46,064 nucleotides of DNA from Candidatus Dormiibacterota bacterium (GCA_036378395.1 DASUWN010000023.1:1-46064); one strand, 5' to 3'; positions 35,755-45,882 are shown, counted from the first letter of the stretch. Notes: generated by a model from the sequence alone, not told the origin. Program-made: numbers and translations.

Positions 35755-37140
35755 ATGCCCGGCTCCCCCGTGCGGGTCCGGATGGCGCCCAGCCCGACCG
35801 GCTTCGTCCATCTCGGCAGCGCTCGCACCGCGCTCTTCAACCTGCTCTACGCTCGCCGTCGCGGCGGCGTCTGGGTCCTCCGCCTCGAGGACACCGATGT
35901 CGAGCGCAACCGGCCCGAGTTCGAGGCCGCCATCTACGACGGCTTCCACTGGCTCGGCTTGGAGTGGGACGAGGGACCCGACGTGGGGGGCCCCTACGCG
36001 CCCTACCGGCAGAGCGAGCGGCTCGACCTCTACCGCGAGTCGGCGGCCCGGCTGCTTCAGACCGGCGGCGCGTACCGCTGCTACTGCACCAAGGAGGAGC
36101 TGGCGGCCGAGCGCGAGCAGGCCGAGCGCGAGCACCGGCCCTACCGCTACTCGCGACGCTGCCTGACCGACCCGCCATCCGGCCGCACCGAATTCACAGT
36201 GCGGTTCAAGCTGCCGGACGCCCCCGAGCGCGTGGAGTGGGACGACCTCATCCGCGGCCCGGTGGCCTTCGAGCTCTCCGAGCTCGACGACTTCATCATC
36301 ATGCGCACCGACGGCACCCCGCTCTACAACTTCTCGGTCGCCGTCGACGACCACCAGATGCGGATCACGCACGTGCTGCGCGGCGAGGAGCACGTCTCCA
36401 ACACGCCGCGCCAGCTGCTGCTGCTCAAGGCCCTCGGCTCCCAGCCGCCGGCCTATGCCCACCTGCCGGTGATCGTCGGCCAGGACCGCGCCAAGCTGAG
36501 CAAGCGCAAGCATCCAGAGGCGCGGCTGTCGCTCTACCAGGAGCTCGGCTACCTGCCGGCGGCGATGCTCAACTACCTGGCTTTGCTTGGCTGGAATCCA
36601 GGCTCGACCGAGGAGATCTTCAGCCTCGAGGAGCTGGAGCGGATTTTCGACCTGGACCGGGTCCAGCGCTCGCCGGCGATGTTCGACTGGCAGCGGCTGG
36701 ACTGGCTCAACGGCCAGTACATCCGGCGCCTCGAGGACGCCGAGCTGATCGAGCTGCTGCGGCCCAACGTCCCCGAGCTGCCGCCGGAGAAGCTGGCGGA
36801 GGCGATGCCTGAGCTCAAGACTCGGCTGCCACGGCTGGCCGAGGCGCGCCCGCTGCTCGAATACCTCTGGGAGGAGCCGGCGGCTGCCGAGCTCGACCCC
36901 GAAGCGCTGGAAAAGCTCCGCGCTGCCCGCGCCGCGCTGTCGGAGGTGGACTGGCAGCCGGAGACCATCGAGCAGGCGCTGGACGCGGTTCGTGACGAGC
37001 ACGGCTGGTCGCGCAACGCGCTCTTCAAGCCGCTGCGGCTGGCGTTGACGGGGAGGTCGATCTCGCTGCCGATCCACTACACGGTGGCGCTGCTGCCCAA
37101 ACCAGAAGCGCTGCGGCGTCTGGATAGAGTGCTCGCCTGA
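35755..37140 (+). CDS. gltX: glutamate--tRNA ligase
   Basis: RMAPSPTGFVHLGSARTALFN (HIGH region), RLEDTD, KLSKRK (KMSKS). Confidence 0.95.
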   Translation: MPGSPVRVRMAPSPTGFVHLGSARTALFNLLYARRRGGVWVLRLEDTDVERNRPEFEAAIYDGFHWLGLEWDEGPDVGGPYAPYRQSERLDLYRESAARLLQTGGAYRCYCTKEELAAEREQAEREHRPYRYSRRCLTDPPSGRTEFTVRFKLPDAPERVEWDDLIRGPVAFELSELDDFIIMRTDGTPLYNFSVAVDDHQMRITHVLRGEEHVSNTPRQLLLLKALGSQPPAYAHLPVIVGQDRAKLSKRKHPEARLSLYQELGYLPAAMLNYLALLGWNPGSTEEIFSLEELERIFDLDRVQRSPAMFDWQRLDWLNGQYIRRLEDAELIELLRPNVPELPPEKLAEAMPELKTRLPRLAEARPLLEYLWEEPAAAELDPEALEKLRAARAALSEVDWQPETIEQALDAVRDEHGWSRNALFKPLRLALTGRSISLPIHYTVALLPKPEALRRLDRVLA

Positions 37141-37976
37141 TGCCGCCGCTGACGATCGTGATCGACCTCGATCCCAACCTGATCCAGTTGGGACCCTTCC
37201 TCGTCACCTGGCACGGCGTCTTCAGCGTGCTCGGGATCATCGCCGCCGCCCGTCTGGGCGCCTGGCTCCTCGAACGGCGTGACGGCGTGACGCCGGATCG
37301 CGTCTACGACATGGCCTTCTGGATGATCGTGGCCGGTTTGATCGGCGCTCGCCTGCTCTACGTCTGGGAGAACTACCAGCAGTTCGCCGGCGGGCCCTGG
37401 TACAAGCCGCTGCTGCTCAACGAGGGCGGCATCAGCCAGTGGGGCGGCATCTTCGGCGCGCTGATCGGCGGCTACCTCTGGTCTCTGCGCAACCGCTTCT
37501 CCTACTGGAAGGTGATCGATGCCGCGGGACCCGCCAACGCGGTCGGCTTCCTGATCGGCCGGATCGGCGACGTGATCAACGGCGAGCACCACGCGATCCC
37601 GACCACGCTGCCCTGGGGCGTGGAGTACGTGAATCCGCACACGCTCGGCCAGCCCGGGCTGGTCGTCCATCCTGAGGTCGCCTACGAGATGGTGCTCTGC
37701 CTGCTCCTGCTGGGCGCGCTGCTGCCGTTCTGGAACCGGATGCGCGACCAGCTTCCGGCCGGGGTCACCGGCCTGACCTGGCTCGCGCTCTATGCGGCGG
37801 GGCGCACGCTGCTCAGCTTCCTGCGTGAGGACTCGCTATTCCTCGGGCTCCGCCAGGCGCAGTGGGCGGGGCTGGCGATGGTCGCGATCTGGGCGATCGC
37901 GGTGCCGATCCTGCTCCGCCGACAGCGGCGGCGACAGCCCGAGCCCGAGGACCCGGCGATGGAGGCGGTGGCCTGA
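37140..37976 (+). CDS. lgt: prolipoprotein diacylglyceryl transferase
   Basis: TGATG overlap with gltX. WHGVFSVLGI, GGISQWGGIFGALIGG, IGRIGDVINGEH. Confidence 0.88.
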   Translation: MPPLTIVIDLDPNLIQLGPFLVTWHGVFSVLGIIAAARLGAWLLERRDGVTPDRVYDMAFWMIVAGLIGARLLYVWENYQQFAGGPWYKPLLLNEGGISQWGGIFGALIGGYLWSLRNRFSYWKVIDAAGPANAVGFLIGRIGDVINGEHHAIPTTLPWGVEYVNPHTLGQPGLVVHPEVAYEMVLCLLLLGALLPFWNRMRDQLPAGVTGLTWLALYAAGRTLLSFLREDSLFLGLRQAQWAGLAMVAIWAIAVPILLRRQRRRQPEPEDPAMEAVA

Positions 37977-37978
37977 CT

Positions 37979-38713
37979 TTGCGGGGGCTCAAAGGCAAGC
38001 GCGCGGTCGTCACCGGCGCCTCGGGCGGCATCGGGAGCGCCATTTGCCGGCGGCTGGCCGAGGAGGGCGCGCTGGTGGCGGTGACCGACCTCGCGCTCGA
38101 GCCGAGCCAGGCGCTGGCGAGCGAGATCGGCGGAACGGCGCACGTCCTCGATGTCACCGACCCCGCCGCGGCGGCCGCGCTCGCCGCCGAGCTGGCCGAG
38201 GTGGACGTCGTGGTCAACAACGCAGGCTGGGACCAGGTCTCGCCCTTCCTGGAGACCGGCCCCGAGCTCTGGGAGAAGCTGCTGCGGATCAACCTCTTCG
38301 GCCAGATCGCGGTCGCGCACGCCTTCGCCAGGGGGATGGCCGCGCGCGGCCGAGGCAGCATCGTCAACATCGCCAGCGACGCGGGCAAGGTGGGCTCGAG
38401 CGGCGAGACCGTGTACTCGGCCACCAAGGGCGGCGTCATCGCGTTCACCCGCAGCCTCGCCCGCGAGCTCGCGCGCAGCGGCGTGCGCGTCAACTGCGTC
38501 TGCCCCGGCCCCACCGAAACGCCGTTCCTGGAAGCCTTCCAGGCCCACGAGAAGGGCGGCCGGATCATCGAGGCGATGACGCGCATGGTGCCGATGCGGC
38601 GGCTCGGCCAGCCGGACGAGATCGCCGCCATGGTCACCTTCCTTGCCAGCGACGACGCCGGCTACATCACCGGCCAGTCGTTCAGCGTGAACGGCGGCCT
38701 GACGATGCAGTAG
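37979..38713 (+). CDS. short-chain dehydrogenase/reductase (FabG-like)
   Basis: VVTGASGGIGSAI, NNAG, YSATKGG, PGPTETP. TTG start trimmed from ORF 37862. Confidence 0.85.
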   Translation: MRGLKGKRAVVTGASGGIGSAICRRLAEEGALVAVTDLALEPSQALASEIGGTAHVLDVTDPAAAAALAAELAEVDVVVNNAGWDQVSPFLETGPELWEKLLRINLFGQIAVAHAFARGMAARGRGSIVNIASDAGKVGSSGETVYSATKGGVIAFTRSLARELARSGVRVNCVCPGPTETPFLEAFQAHEKGGRIIEAMTRMVPMRRLGQPDEIAAMVTFLASDDAGYITGQSFSVNGGLTMQ

Positions 38714-39392
38714 CGGCCCGCGCGAGGAGCGCCAGCGCCCGGGCGGGCGCTTGCGGCTCGTGCTTGAAGTAGGCGTAGACGTCGCGCTCCTGCGCCTCGT
38801 TCGCCAGCCGCTCGGACCAGGGCGCGAGCTCCTCGTCGCTGTAGTCGCGCCGCAGCCGGTAGTAAGCGAAGGGCGCCGTGCGCACCTCCGGCGCGCGCGG
38901 CCACTTGTCCTCGTCGGTGACGACCAGCGCCGCGCCCCGCTGCTCCAGCACCGTATACACGGCGTCGTCGAACCAGGAGGGGTCGCGAAACTCCACCGCC
39001 GCCGCCAGGCCGAGCGCCTCCAGCACGGCGTCCAGCAGCTCGGGATCCCGGCCCCTGGTCGGCGGCCACTGGAGCAGCACCGGGCCCAGCCGCTCGGCCA
39101 GCGCCGCCAGCTGGGGTCCGAGCTGCCGGGCCAGCCCCGCCTTGTCGAATGCCGCGCCGGAGTAGGTCAGGCCGCGATGCGCTTTGAAGCAAAAGCGAAA
39201 GCCGGGCGGGGTCTCGGTGGCCCACTTCGCGAGCGCCGCGGGCTTGGGCGTCCGGTAGAAGGTTCCGTTGAGCTCGACTCCGTTGAGACGCTCCGAGTAG
39301 TAGCCGAGCATTCGCGAGCCGGCCAGCTTCTCGGGATAGAAGACGCCCCGCCAGCCGGGATAGCTGAACCCGCTGGCCCCGGCGTAGAGCAT
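38682..39392 (-). CDS. DUF72-family protein
   Basis: GASGFSYPGWRGVFYP, YYSERLNGVELNGTFYRTP, YAYFKHE. Confidence 0.7.
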   Translation of the reverse strand: MLYAGASGFSYPGWRGVFYPEKLAGSRMLGYYSERLNGVELNGTFYRTPKPAALAKWATETPPGFRFCFKAHRGLTYSGAAFDKAGLARQLGPQLAALAERLGPVLLQWPPTRGRDPELLDAVLEALGLAAAVEFRDPSWFDDAVYTVLEQRGAALVVTDEDKWPRAPEVRTAPFAYYRLRRDYSDEELAPWSERLANEAQERDVYAYFKHEPQAPARALALLARAATASSGRRSR

Positions 39393-39395
39393 CGG

Positions 39396-39610
39396 CTAGT
39401 TGCCTGTAACGGTTGGATGGGCTGCAGGCCGCAGGCGCGGCAGCCCGGCGTTCCTGACGGCCGGAGTCAAGGAGAGGGTGGCGCTAGGAGGAGCGCAGTG
39501 AAGCTGCGTGACGACACGGCGCCAGGCCCCTCGACGCCGACTTCAGCGCCGCAGGCGCCCGGCCGGCTGGGACGTCGGATGCGGTCCATCTAGCCGGTAC
39601 AGGCAACTAG
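39396..39610. mobile_element. MITE-like element, family B, long copy (215 bp)
   Basis: TIRs CTAGTTGCCTGTAACGG / CCGGTACAGGCAACTAG. It fills the whole DUF72-rlmN spacer. The right CTAG contains the rlmN stop. It carries AGGAGG-N6-GTG heading a 31-codon ORF (39498-39593). Confidence 0.8.
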
Positions 39611-40656
39611 AGCGCGGTCTGCAGCAGGCGCTGGCGGAGCTGGCCGCAGGCGGCGTCGCCCTCGCGGCCCTTGGTGTCGCGGACGGTCACGTTCAATCCG
39701 GTCGCGGCCACCTGCGCCGCGAAGCGCCTGACGTCGGCCTCCGACGGTGCCTGGAAGGGCGTCCCCGAGACCGGGTTGAAGGGGATCAGGTTGACGTGGG
39801 CGAGCCGGCGGTCGAGCAGCGCGCCCAACTCCTCAGCGTCGCGCGCGGTGTCGTTGACCCCCGCCAGCAGCACGTACTCGTAAGAAACCCTCCGCCCGGT
39901 CTGCTCGGCAAAGTCGCGCGCGGCGGCGATCAGCTCGGCCAGCGGGTGGCGGCGGTTGATCGGCACCAGCACGTCGCGCAGCTCGTCGCGGGCGGCGTGA
40001 AGCGAGATTGCAAGCGTGAACGGCAACCCCTCCTCAGCCAGCCGCTCCATGCGCGGCACCAGGCCGCTGGTCGAGACCGTCACACGCCGCGGCGAGATCC
40101 CGAGCAGGCGCGGGTCGCAGATGCGGCGCACCGACTCCAGCACCGGCTCGTAGTTGGCGAGCGGCTCGCCCATGCCCATGAAGACGACGTGCGTCAACCG
40201 CCGGCCCTCGGCGAGCAGGCGGCGGTTGGCGTCCAGCGCCTGGTCGACGATCTCGTGCGCCTTGAGGTTGCGCCCGAACCTGCCCTGTCCGGTGGCGCAA
40301 AAGGGACAGCCGATCGGGCAGCCGACCTGCGACGAGATGCACAACGTCGATCGGCGCGCGTAGCGCATGATCACCGCCTCGACCGTGTAGCCGCCGTCGA
40401 GCTCGAACAGGTACTTGGTGGTCTGGTCGGCGGCGACCTCCGATCGCGCCACCTCGCGCAGCGAGCTGACGCGAAAGCTCTCGCCGAGCGCCGAGCGGAG
40501 GCCCGCCGGGACGTCGGTCATGGCTTCGAAGGAGTCGGCCCCGCGAGTCAGCCAGCTCCAGACCTGCGGCGCCCGGTAGGGAGGCTGCTCGTGCTCCGCC
40601 ATCCAAGCCCGCAGGTCCGCGAGGGCGAGCGAAGAGATCGGAGGCAGCGGGTTCAC
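39607..40656 (-). CDS. rlmN: 23S rRNA/tRNA adenine-C2 methyltransferase, radical SAM
   Basis: PPYRAPQVWSWL, CISSQVGCPIGCPFCATG, FMGMGEPLAN, AISLHA, CGQL. Start trimmed to GTG 40656. Confidence 0.92.
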   Translation of the reverse strand: MNPLPPISSLALADLRAWMAEHEQPPYRAPQVWSWLTRGADSFEAMTDVPAGLRSALGESFRVSSLREVARSEVAADQTTKYLFELDGGYTVEAVIMRYARRSTLCISSQVGCPIGCPFCATGQGRFGRNLKAHEIVDQALDANRRLLAEGRRLTHVVFMGMGEPLANYEPVLESVRRICDPRLLGISPRRVTVSTSGLVPRMERLAEEGLPFTLAISLHAARDELRDVLVPINRRHPLAELIAAARDFAEQTGRRVSYEYVLLAGVNDTARDAEELGALLDRRLAHVNLIPFNPVSGTPFQAPSEADVRRFAAQVAATGLNVTVRDTKGREGDAACGQLRQRLLQTAL

Positions 40657-40676
40657 GGGCCTACGATACCCACGCG

Positions 40677-41333
40677 TTGCGACTGCGACTCCCGGTTCCA
40701 GCCGCCCTGGCGCTGCTGCTGATCGCCGCCGGCCCGGCGCCCGCCCCCGACCGCTCGCCGGGCGAAGAGGCGCCCGTTCCACGGGTGATCGGCGTCCAGG
40801 ACTGGACCGCCATCCTCCCCGCTCCCGCCACCGCCGATGGCTTCAAGCCGCCCCCCGGCCCCCGAGAGCAGTGGCCGCTCCATGGCCCGATCACGCAACC
40901 CTACGGCTGCACCGACTTCGACCGCGAGCAGCCGATCGCAACCTGTCCGGGCGGCTTCCATACCGGCATCGACATCGGCCTCCCCCAGGGCACGCCGATC
41001 CGCGCCGCGGGAGCGGGCATCGCCTATCCCTTCCAGGACGACCAGCGCTACGGCAACCACGTCCTGATCCAGGAGCCGGCCGGCATCACTACCGTCTACG
41101 GCCACATGGTTCGAACGGCGGTCGCCTGGGGCCAGCCGGTCGGCGCCGGCGACGTGATCGGCTACGTCGGCTCGACGGGCAACTCGACCGGGCCTCACCT
41201 CCACTTCGAGGTGCGCTTCGCCGGCGTGCCCCTGGATCCGATGCCCTATCTCGATGCCGGTCCGGCCGACCCCTACCCGCTGCCGGCTGGCTGGCCGGGG
41301 TCACCGCCGGATGACTGGCGCGGCCTGCGTTAG
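40677..41333 (+). CDS. M23-family metallopeptidase (secreted)
   Basis: Signal peptide LPVPAALALLLIAAGPAPA. FHTGIDIGLPQGTPIRAAGAG, GSTGNSTGPHLHFEVR. Confidence 0.9.
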   Translation: MRLRLPVPAALALLLIAAGPAPAPDRSPGEEAPVPRVIGVQDWTAILPAPATADGFKPPPGPREQWPLHGPITQPYGCTDFDREQPIATCPGGFHTGIDIGLPQGTPIRAAGAGIAYPFQDDQRYGNHVLIQEPAGITTVYGHMVRTAVAWGQPVGAGDVIGYVGSTGNSTGPHLHFEVRFAGVPLDPMPYLDAGPADPYPLPAGWPGSPPDDWRGLR

Positions 41334-41396
41334 AAGCACCGCTCACTACTCGGACTTGTCGCCGGATCGCAGGGACCGTTTGCCTGAATTGCCGCA

Positions 41397-42983
41397 GTGA
41401 CCCCCCGCCGGCCAACTCACCACTTCTGGGACATCTGGGCTCCCGGCGTGCTGCTCGCGCTGGCCGCAGTTCTGGTGGTTGTGCTGCTGGGGCTGGTGGA
41501 CGCGGCACGTTCGCACGCCAAGTACGGCTCGCTGCTCGCGCTGCTGACGCCTGACCCCGCCGGCGCCGGCTGGGTGATGGCGCTGGTCGGCACCGCGGAA
41601 GGCGTCGCGATCGCGATCGTGATCGTGGTCGTCGTGCTCGGCATCCAGCTCACCGCCGACCGCTACTCGCCGCGGATCATCGACATCTTCATCCGCGACC
41701 CCATGAACCTGGTCGTGCTCGGGCTCTTCCTGGGTTCGATCGTGTTCTCGATCCTGATCACGACCGAGATCAAGGCCGACTACGTGCCGCTGTTCGGCGT
41801 GACCACCGCGGTGGCGCTGGCAGTCGTCGACTTCGCGATCCTGATGCCCTACGTCCGCTATCTGTTCTCGATCATGCGGGCGGAGACCATCATCCGGTCG
41901 CTTCGCCAGCGCGGGGCGAGCGCGATCCGGCGCGCCGCCGCCAACGGCCACAACCTGCAGCCGCGGCACGAGATGCGCGACGTCCTGGCGCAGATCGCCG
42001 ACATCGCCCTCGGCTCGATCCAGGAGGGCGACACCGAGGTCTGCCTGGCGGCTCTCGAGGCGCTCCGCCAGCTGCTGGTCGACATCTACATCCCGGCCAA
42101 GCCACAGCTCAAACCTTGGTGGTTCAGCGTCGACGCGATCGACATGCCCGGAGCCTCCGACCAGACCATCGCCCACGTCGACCGCACCAACACCTGGGTC
42201 GAGCACACCGTGCTCTCGGACTTCCTGGACCTGATCGGCGAGACGCCCAGCTTCCGTAAGGAGGTGATCCACGCGATCGCCCGCGCCACCCGCTCGATCG
42301 GTGACGCCGCCATCCGGCACGACGACCGCGCGCTCGAGGACCTCGTCATCCGCTTCTTCAACACCTACCTGCGCGCGGCCATGAACCAGCGCGCCCCCAC
42401 CTTCGTCTACTCGACGTTCAACGAGTACCGGTCGCTCGCGGTGCATGCGCTGGAGAGCCGCCCCGATCTCGTGCTGCGGGTCGCCGACCACCTGGTTGCC
42501 TACGGCCGCAGCTTCGACGCCGCCGGCTTCCCCTTCATCATCGGAACCGCGATCGAGGACGTCTCCGACATGACGATCAAGGTCGCCCGGCTCGATCGCG
42601 ACCGCGCCATCCTGCTCACCCAGCTGGTGGCCCGGACCGTCACCCAGATGGCCCCAGTGGCGCAGCCGATCGCCCTCAACGGCGTCCTCAAGGCAAGCGT
42701 CAAGCTCGCGCTCTGGGCGATCAACAGCAACGAGAGCGAGATCGAGGCCACGCTGCTGGTCGGAATCCGCGCGGTGCCCGCCGAATTCACAAAGGATGCG
42801 CTGGACCGGATGGAGAACACGGTCGAAGGCATCTTCTGGGAGGTCAGCGACCGGGTCGTCGCCTTCGATTGGGTCGAGCCGGACCTCCGCGAACTGATCC
42901 CGCTCCTGCGCGAGCGCCTCGCCGGCGCGGGGCCCTCCCTCAGCTCAGGGCAAAAGTCGCGTCGGACTCCGGCCCGGAACTAG
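41397..42983 (+). CDS. DUF2254-family membrane protein
   Basis: Four N-terminal TM segments with QLTADRYSPRIIDIFIRD, then a large soluble C-terminal region. Family recalled from memory. Confidence 0.55.
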   Translation: MTPRRPTHHFWDIWAPGVLLALAAVLVVVLLGLVDAARSHAKYGSLLALLTPDPAGAGWVMALVGTAEGVAIAIVIVVVVLGIQLTADRYSPRIIDIFIRDPMNLVVLGLFLGSIVFSILITTEIKADYVPLFGVTTAVALAVVDFAILMPYVRYLFSIMRAETIIRSLRQRGASAIRRAAANGHNLQPRHEMRDVLAQIADIALGSIQEGDTEVCLAALEALRQLLVDIYIPAKPQLKPWWFSVDAIDMPGASDQTIAHVDRTNTWVEHTVLSDFLDLIGETPSFRKEVIHAIARATRSIGDAAIRHDDRALEDLVIRFFNTYLRAAMNQRAPTFVYSTFNEYRSLAVHALESRPDLVLRVADHLVAYGRSFDAAGFPFIIGTAIEDVSDMTIKVARLDRDRAILLTQLVARTVTQMAPVAQPIALNGVLKASVKLALWAINSNESEIEATLLVGIRAVPAEFTKDALDRMENTVEGIFWEVSDRVVAFDWVEPDLRELIPLLRERLAGAGPSLSSGQKSRRTPARN

Positions 42984-43713
42984 TCACCCGGCCCTCCTCC
43001 ACCAGCTTGCGCAGGTGCGCGCGCAGCGTCATCTCGGCGGCGCGCAGCAGGCTCTCGTCCTCCCCGACCTCGGCGGCGTAGACCCGCCGCGTCAGCTCGG
43101 TGGCCGTTCCCGGACCCCGCTCGAGCTCCGCGATCACCTGGTGCTCGCGAGCCAGCCGGTGCTGGATGTACTCGTCGACCTTGGGGCCGGCATCCGTCAC
43201 CGGGTCCCAATGGCCGGGGAACAGCATCCGCGGCTCGAGCTCCTTGACCCGCCGGAGTGAGGCCAGGTAGGCGGCGACGTCGCCTTCGGGGTAGGTGACC
43301 ATCGAACTGCCCCGGCCCAGGACGAGATCGCCGGTGAACAGGAGACGGTCGCCCGCCACCCAGAACGCGAGGTGGTCGGGCGCGTGGCCCGGGGTATGGA
43401 GAGCCGTCAGCGTGAGGCCGCCGGCGTGGACTTCATCGCCGTCAGCGAGGTCGGGATGGCGCAGCACCCGCGCCCCGGTGCGCTGGGCCAGGGGGGCGGC
43501 CAGAGGTAGATGGTCGGGGTGCGAGTGGGTGACCAGGATCGCCCCCACCGGCAGGCCGCCGAGCTTGGCCAGGATGGCCTCGAGATGGGCCGGTTCGTCG
43601 GGCCCGGGGTCGATGACGATCAGCGCCGGACCGTCGCCCAGAATCCAGGTGTTGGTCCCCGGGCCGGTGTAGGGACCAGGGTTGCCGGCGACAACGCGGC
43701 GCACGGTGGGCAC
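42940..43713 (-). CDS. MBL-fold metallo-hydrolase
   Basis: NTWILGDG, VTHSHPDH (HxHxDH), HTPGHAPDH, GHW. Start trimmed to GTG 43713. Confidence 0.85.
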   Translation of the reverse strand: MPTVRRVVAGNPGPYTGPGTNTWILGDGPALIVIDPGPDEPAHLEAILAKLGGLPVGAILVTHSHPDHLPLAAPLAQRTGARVLRHPDLADGDEVHAGGLTLTALHTPGHAPDHLAFWVAGDRLLFTGDLVLGRGSSMVTYPEGDVAAYLASLRRVKELEPRMLFPGHWDPVTDAGPKVDEYIQHRLAREHQVIAELERGPGTATELTRRVYAAEVGEDESLLRAAEMTLRAHLRKLVEEGRVTSSGPESDATFALS

Positions 43714-43731
43714 GCCGGTAGCGTAGGTGAG

Positions 43732-45132
43732 GTGGAGCGGGCACCGAACGAGTACGAGTCGCCACGCAAGTGCGAGCAGATCGCGGCCTGGGCGGCGGAG
43801 CGGCGGTTCGAGGAGATCTCGGCCGACCGGCTGCCCTACCTCAAGGTCCTGGTCCTGGACAGCCTCGGCTGCGCCATCGGGGCGCTGCGGGGGGAGCCGA
43901 TCCAGCCGATTCGGGGCCTGATCGAGGAGCTGGGCGGATCTCCCCAGTGCACCTTGATCGGCGGCGGCCGCACGGCAGCCGACCACGCCGCCTTTCACAA
44001 CGGCGCGCTCGTCCGCTACCTCGATTTCATGGACATCTTCATGGTCCCTGGCCAGACCTGCCACCCCTCGGACAACCTGGCGCCCGTACTCGCCGCCACC
44101 GAGCTGGCGGGCGGCAGCGGCGCCGATTTCCTGGTCGCCCTGGCCGTCGCCTACCAGGTCCAGGGTCGCTTCAGCGAGCTGGCGCCGCTGCAGGAGAAGG
44201 GGTTCGACCACGTCAGCCACCTCGCCTTTTCGATGGCGGCAGGCTGCGCCCGCGCCCTCGGTCTGGAGCCGCGGGCGGGCGCCAACGCGATCGCTCTCTG
44301 TGCCTGCTCGACCAACACGCTCTGGGTGGTGCGCACGGCGCGGCTCTCGAACTGGAAGGGCCTCGCCTCGGCGCAGGCCGGGATGGCATGCACGCACATG
44401 ACGCTGCTCGCGGCGCGCGGCATCACCGGCCCGCTCAACCTCATGGAAGGCCCCCAGGGCTGGGAGGAGGTGGTCGGCGACCGGGTCGAGGTGGACTGGA
44501 CGCGAGAGCCGCTCGACCAGTTCAGCCAGAGCTGCGTCAAGCGCTACAACGCCGAGGCCCACACCCAGTCGATGCTCGAATGCCTGCTCGACCTCCGCGA
44601 GACCCATGCGATCCGCCCCGAACGCGTGGCTCGGGTCGAGATCGAGATCTTCAAGCAGGCGCTCAACATCGTCGGCGGAGGCGACGCGGGCGACCGGACC
44701 CTGGCCGACAGCAAGGAGCAGGCCGACCACTCGATCCCCTACCTCTGCGCCGTGGCCCTGCTCGACGGCGACGTCTGGCCGCCCCAGCTCACCAACGAGC
44801 GGGTTCGCCGCCCGGACGTCCAGCAGCTGCTGCAGCGCGTGTGGGTCCGCCAGCGCGAGAGCCTCACCGTGCGCTATCCGGAGGAGATGCCGAGCCGGGT
44901 GCGCGTGGCGCTCGAGGACGGGTCGGAGGTCACCGGCGAGAAGGCTGATTACCTCGGCTTCTGGCGGACGCGGCCGCTTGATTGGGCCGGCGCGGAGGCA
45001 AAGTTCGACCGCCTGGCGGGACCGCTGCTCGACACCGCACTGCGGCGCGAGATCCCGCAGGCGGTCCAGGCGCTGGAGACGATTCCGATCCGGGAGCTGT
45101 GCGAGCTGCTGGGGCGGGCGGGAGCGGACTAG
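43732..45132 (+). CDS. MmgE/PrpD-family protein (2-methylcitrate-dehydratase-like)
   Basis: VLDSLGCAIGAL, NGALVRYLDFMD, HPSDNLAPVLA, SIPYLCAVALLDG. GTG start after AGGTGAG. Confidence 0.75.
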   Translation: MERAPNEYESPRKCEQIAAWAAERRFEEISADRLPYLKVLVLDSLGCAIGALRGEPIQPIRGLIEELGGSPQCTLIGGGRTAADHAAFHNGALVRYLDFMDIFMVPGQTCHPSDNLAPVLAATELAGGSGADFLVALAVAYQVQGRFSELAPLQEKGFDHVSHLAFSMAAGCARALGLEPRAGANAIALCACSTNTLWVVRTARLSNWKGLASAQAGMACTHMTLLAARGITGPLNLMEGPQGWEEVVGDRVEVDWTREPLDQFSQSCVKRYNAEAHTQSMLECLLDLRETHAIRPERVARVEIEIFKQALNIVGGGDAGDRTLADSKEQADHSIPYLCAVALLDGDVWPPQLTNERVRRPDVQQLLQRVWVRQRESLTVRYPEEMPSRVRVALEDGSEVTGEKADYLGFWRTRPLDWAGAEAKFDRLAGPLLDTALRREIPQAVQALETIPIRELCELLGRAGAD

Positions 45133-45872
45133 GCGGCGGCGAGCCAGACCACCGCCGACCCGTGCTGCGTCTGCACCCAGCCCTGGCAGTGGCTGTCGAT
45201 CAGGAGCCGGACCAGCGGCTCGCCCAGCTCGGCGGCGGCGATCGGCTGCGGGTCGGGCGACGAGACGAACTCGATCCGCCACCAGTCGCCCACGCGCTGC
45301 CCCTGAAGGCGCGTCCCGGGGCCGCCCATCCACTCGTAGGCGCGGTTGATGGCCTCGAAGAGCACCGGCTCGGGCGCCCGGACCACGGCCTCGGGTGGGA
45401 TCTCGATCACCGCCTCGGGTGCGGCAGAACGGATCATGGCCGCGATCACGACCCCCCGTGCGAGGTCCTTCGGGTCCAGGGCCGCGGCTTCCAGCGCGGC
45501 CGCCCTGCGTCCCACCTCCTGCGCCTGCTCGTACAGCTTCTCCAGCAGCTCGGGCCGGCCGAACGCCGCCTGCCGGGCCGACTCCTGCAGCGAGAGCACC
45601 GCCGAGCGGAGCTTGTGTCCGAGGCGCCCGAGGAGCACGCCGCGGCGCTCGGCGGCCAGCCGTTCACCCTGCTCGGCCGCCTGCCGGGCCACCGCCGGCG
45701 AAGGCTGGCCGTCCGTCCAGCCCACCAGCCGGCCTCCGATCAGGAGCGGACTCCAGCCCTCGCCGGCGGGCGGCAGGGCCGGGTCGGCCGGTCCATGGGC
45801 GGCGCCGGTCTCGAGGTTGACGAACCCGCCGCCGACTCGGGCCCAGAGCACGGTGCCGGTGGACGTGGCCAC
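45129..45872 (-). CDS. histidine-kinase-like protein with an H-box but degenerate ATP-binding motifs
   Basis: LGHKLRSAVLSLQESARQ resembles a HisKA H-box. The C-terminal ~110 aa lack clear G1/G2 boxes. The start (GTG 45872, 10 nt after the upstream stop) is uncertain. Confidence 0.35.
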   Translation of the reverse strand: MATSTGTVLWARVGGGFVNLETGAAHGPADPALPPAGEGWSPLLIGGRLVGWTDGQPSPAVARQAAEQGERLAAERRGVLLGRLGHKLRSAVLSLQESARQAAFGRPELLEKLYEQAQEVGRRAAALEAAALDPKDLARGVVIAAMIRSAAPEAVIEIPPEAVVRAPEPVLFEAINRAYEWMGGPGTRLQGQRVGDWWRIEFVSSPDPQPIAAAELGEPLVRLLIDSHCQGWVQTQHGSAVVWLAAA

Positions 45873-45882
45873 GGCGGTGAGC

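Noticed and set aside
35737-37077. 446-aa ORF antisense to gltX, together with the other Pro/Arg-rich shadow ORFs (e.g. 5688-6410, 8274-9515, 41346-42491)
   Set aside because: These overlap confidently assigned genes on the opposite strand or in another frame, and their sequences are low-complexity.
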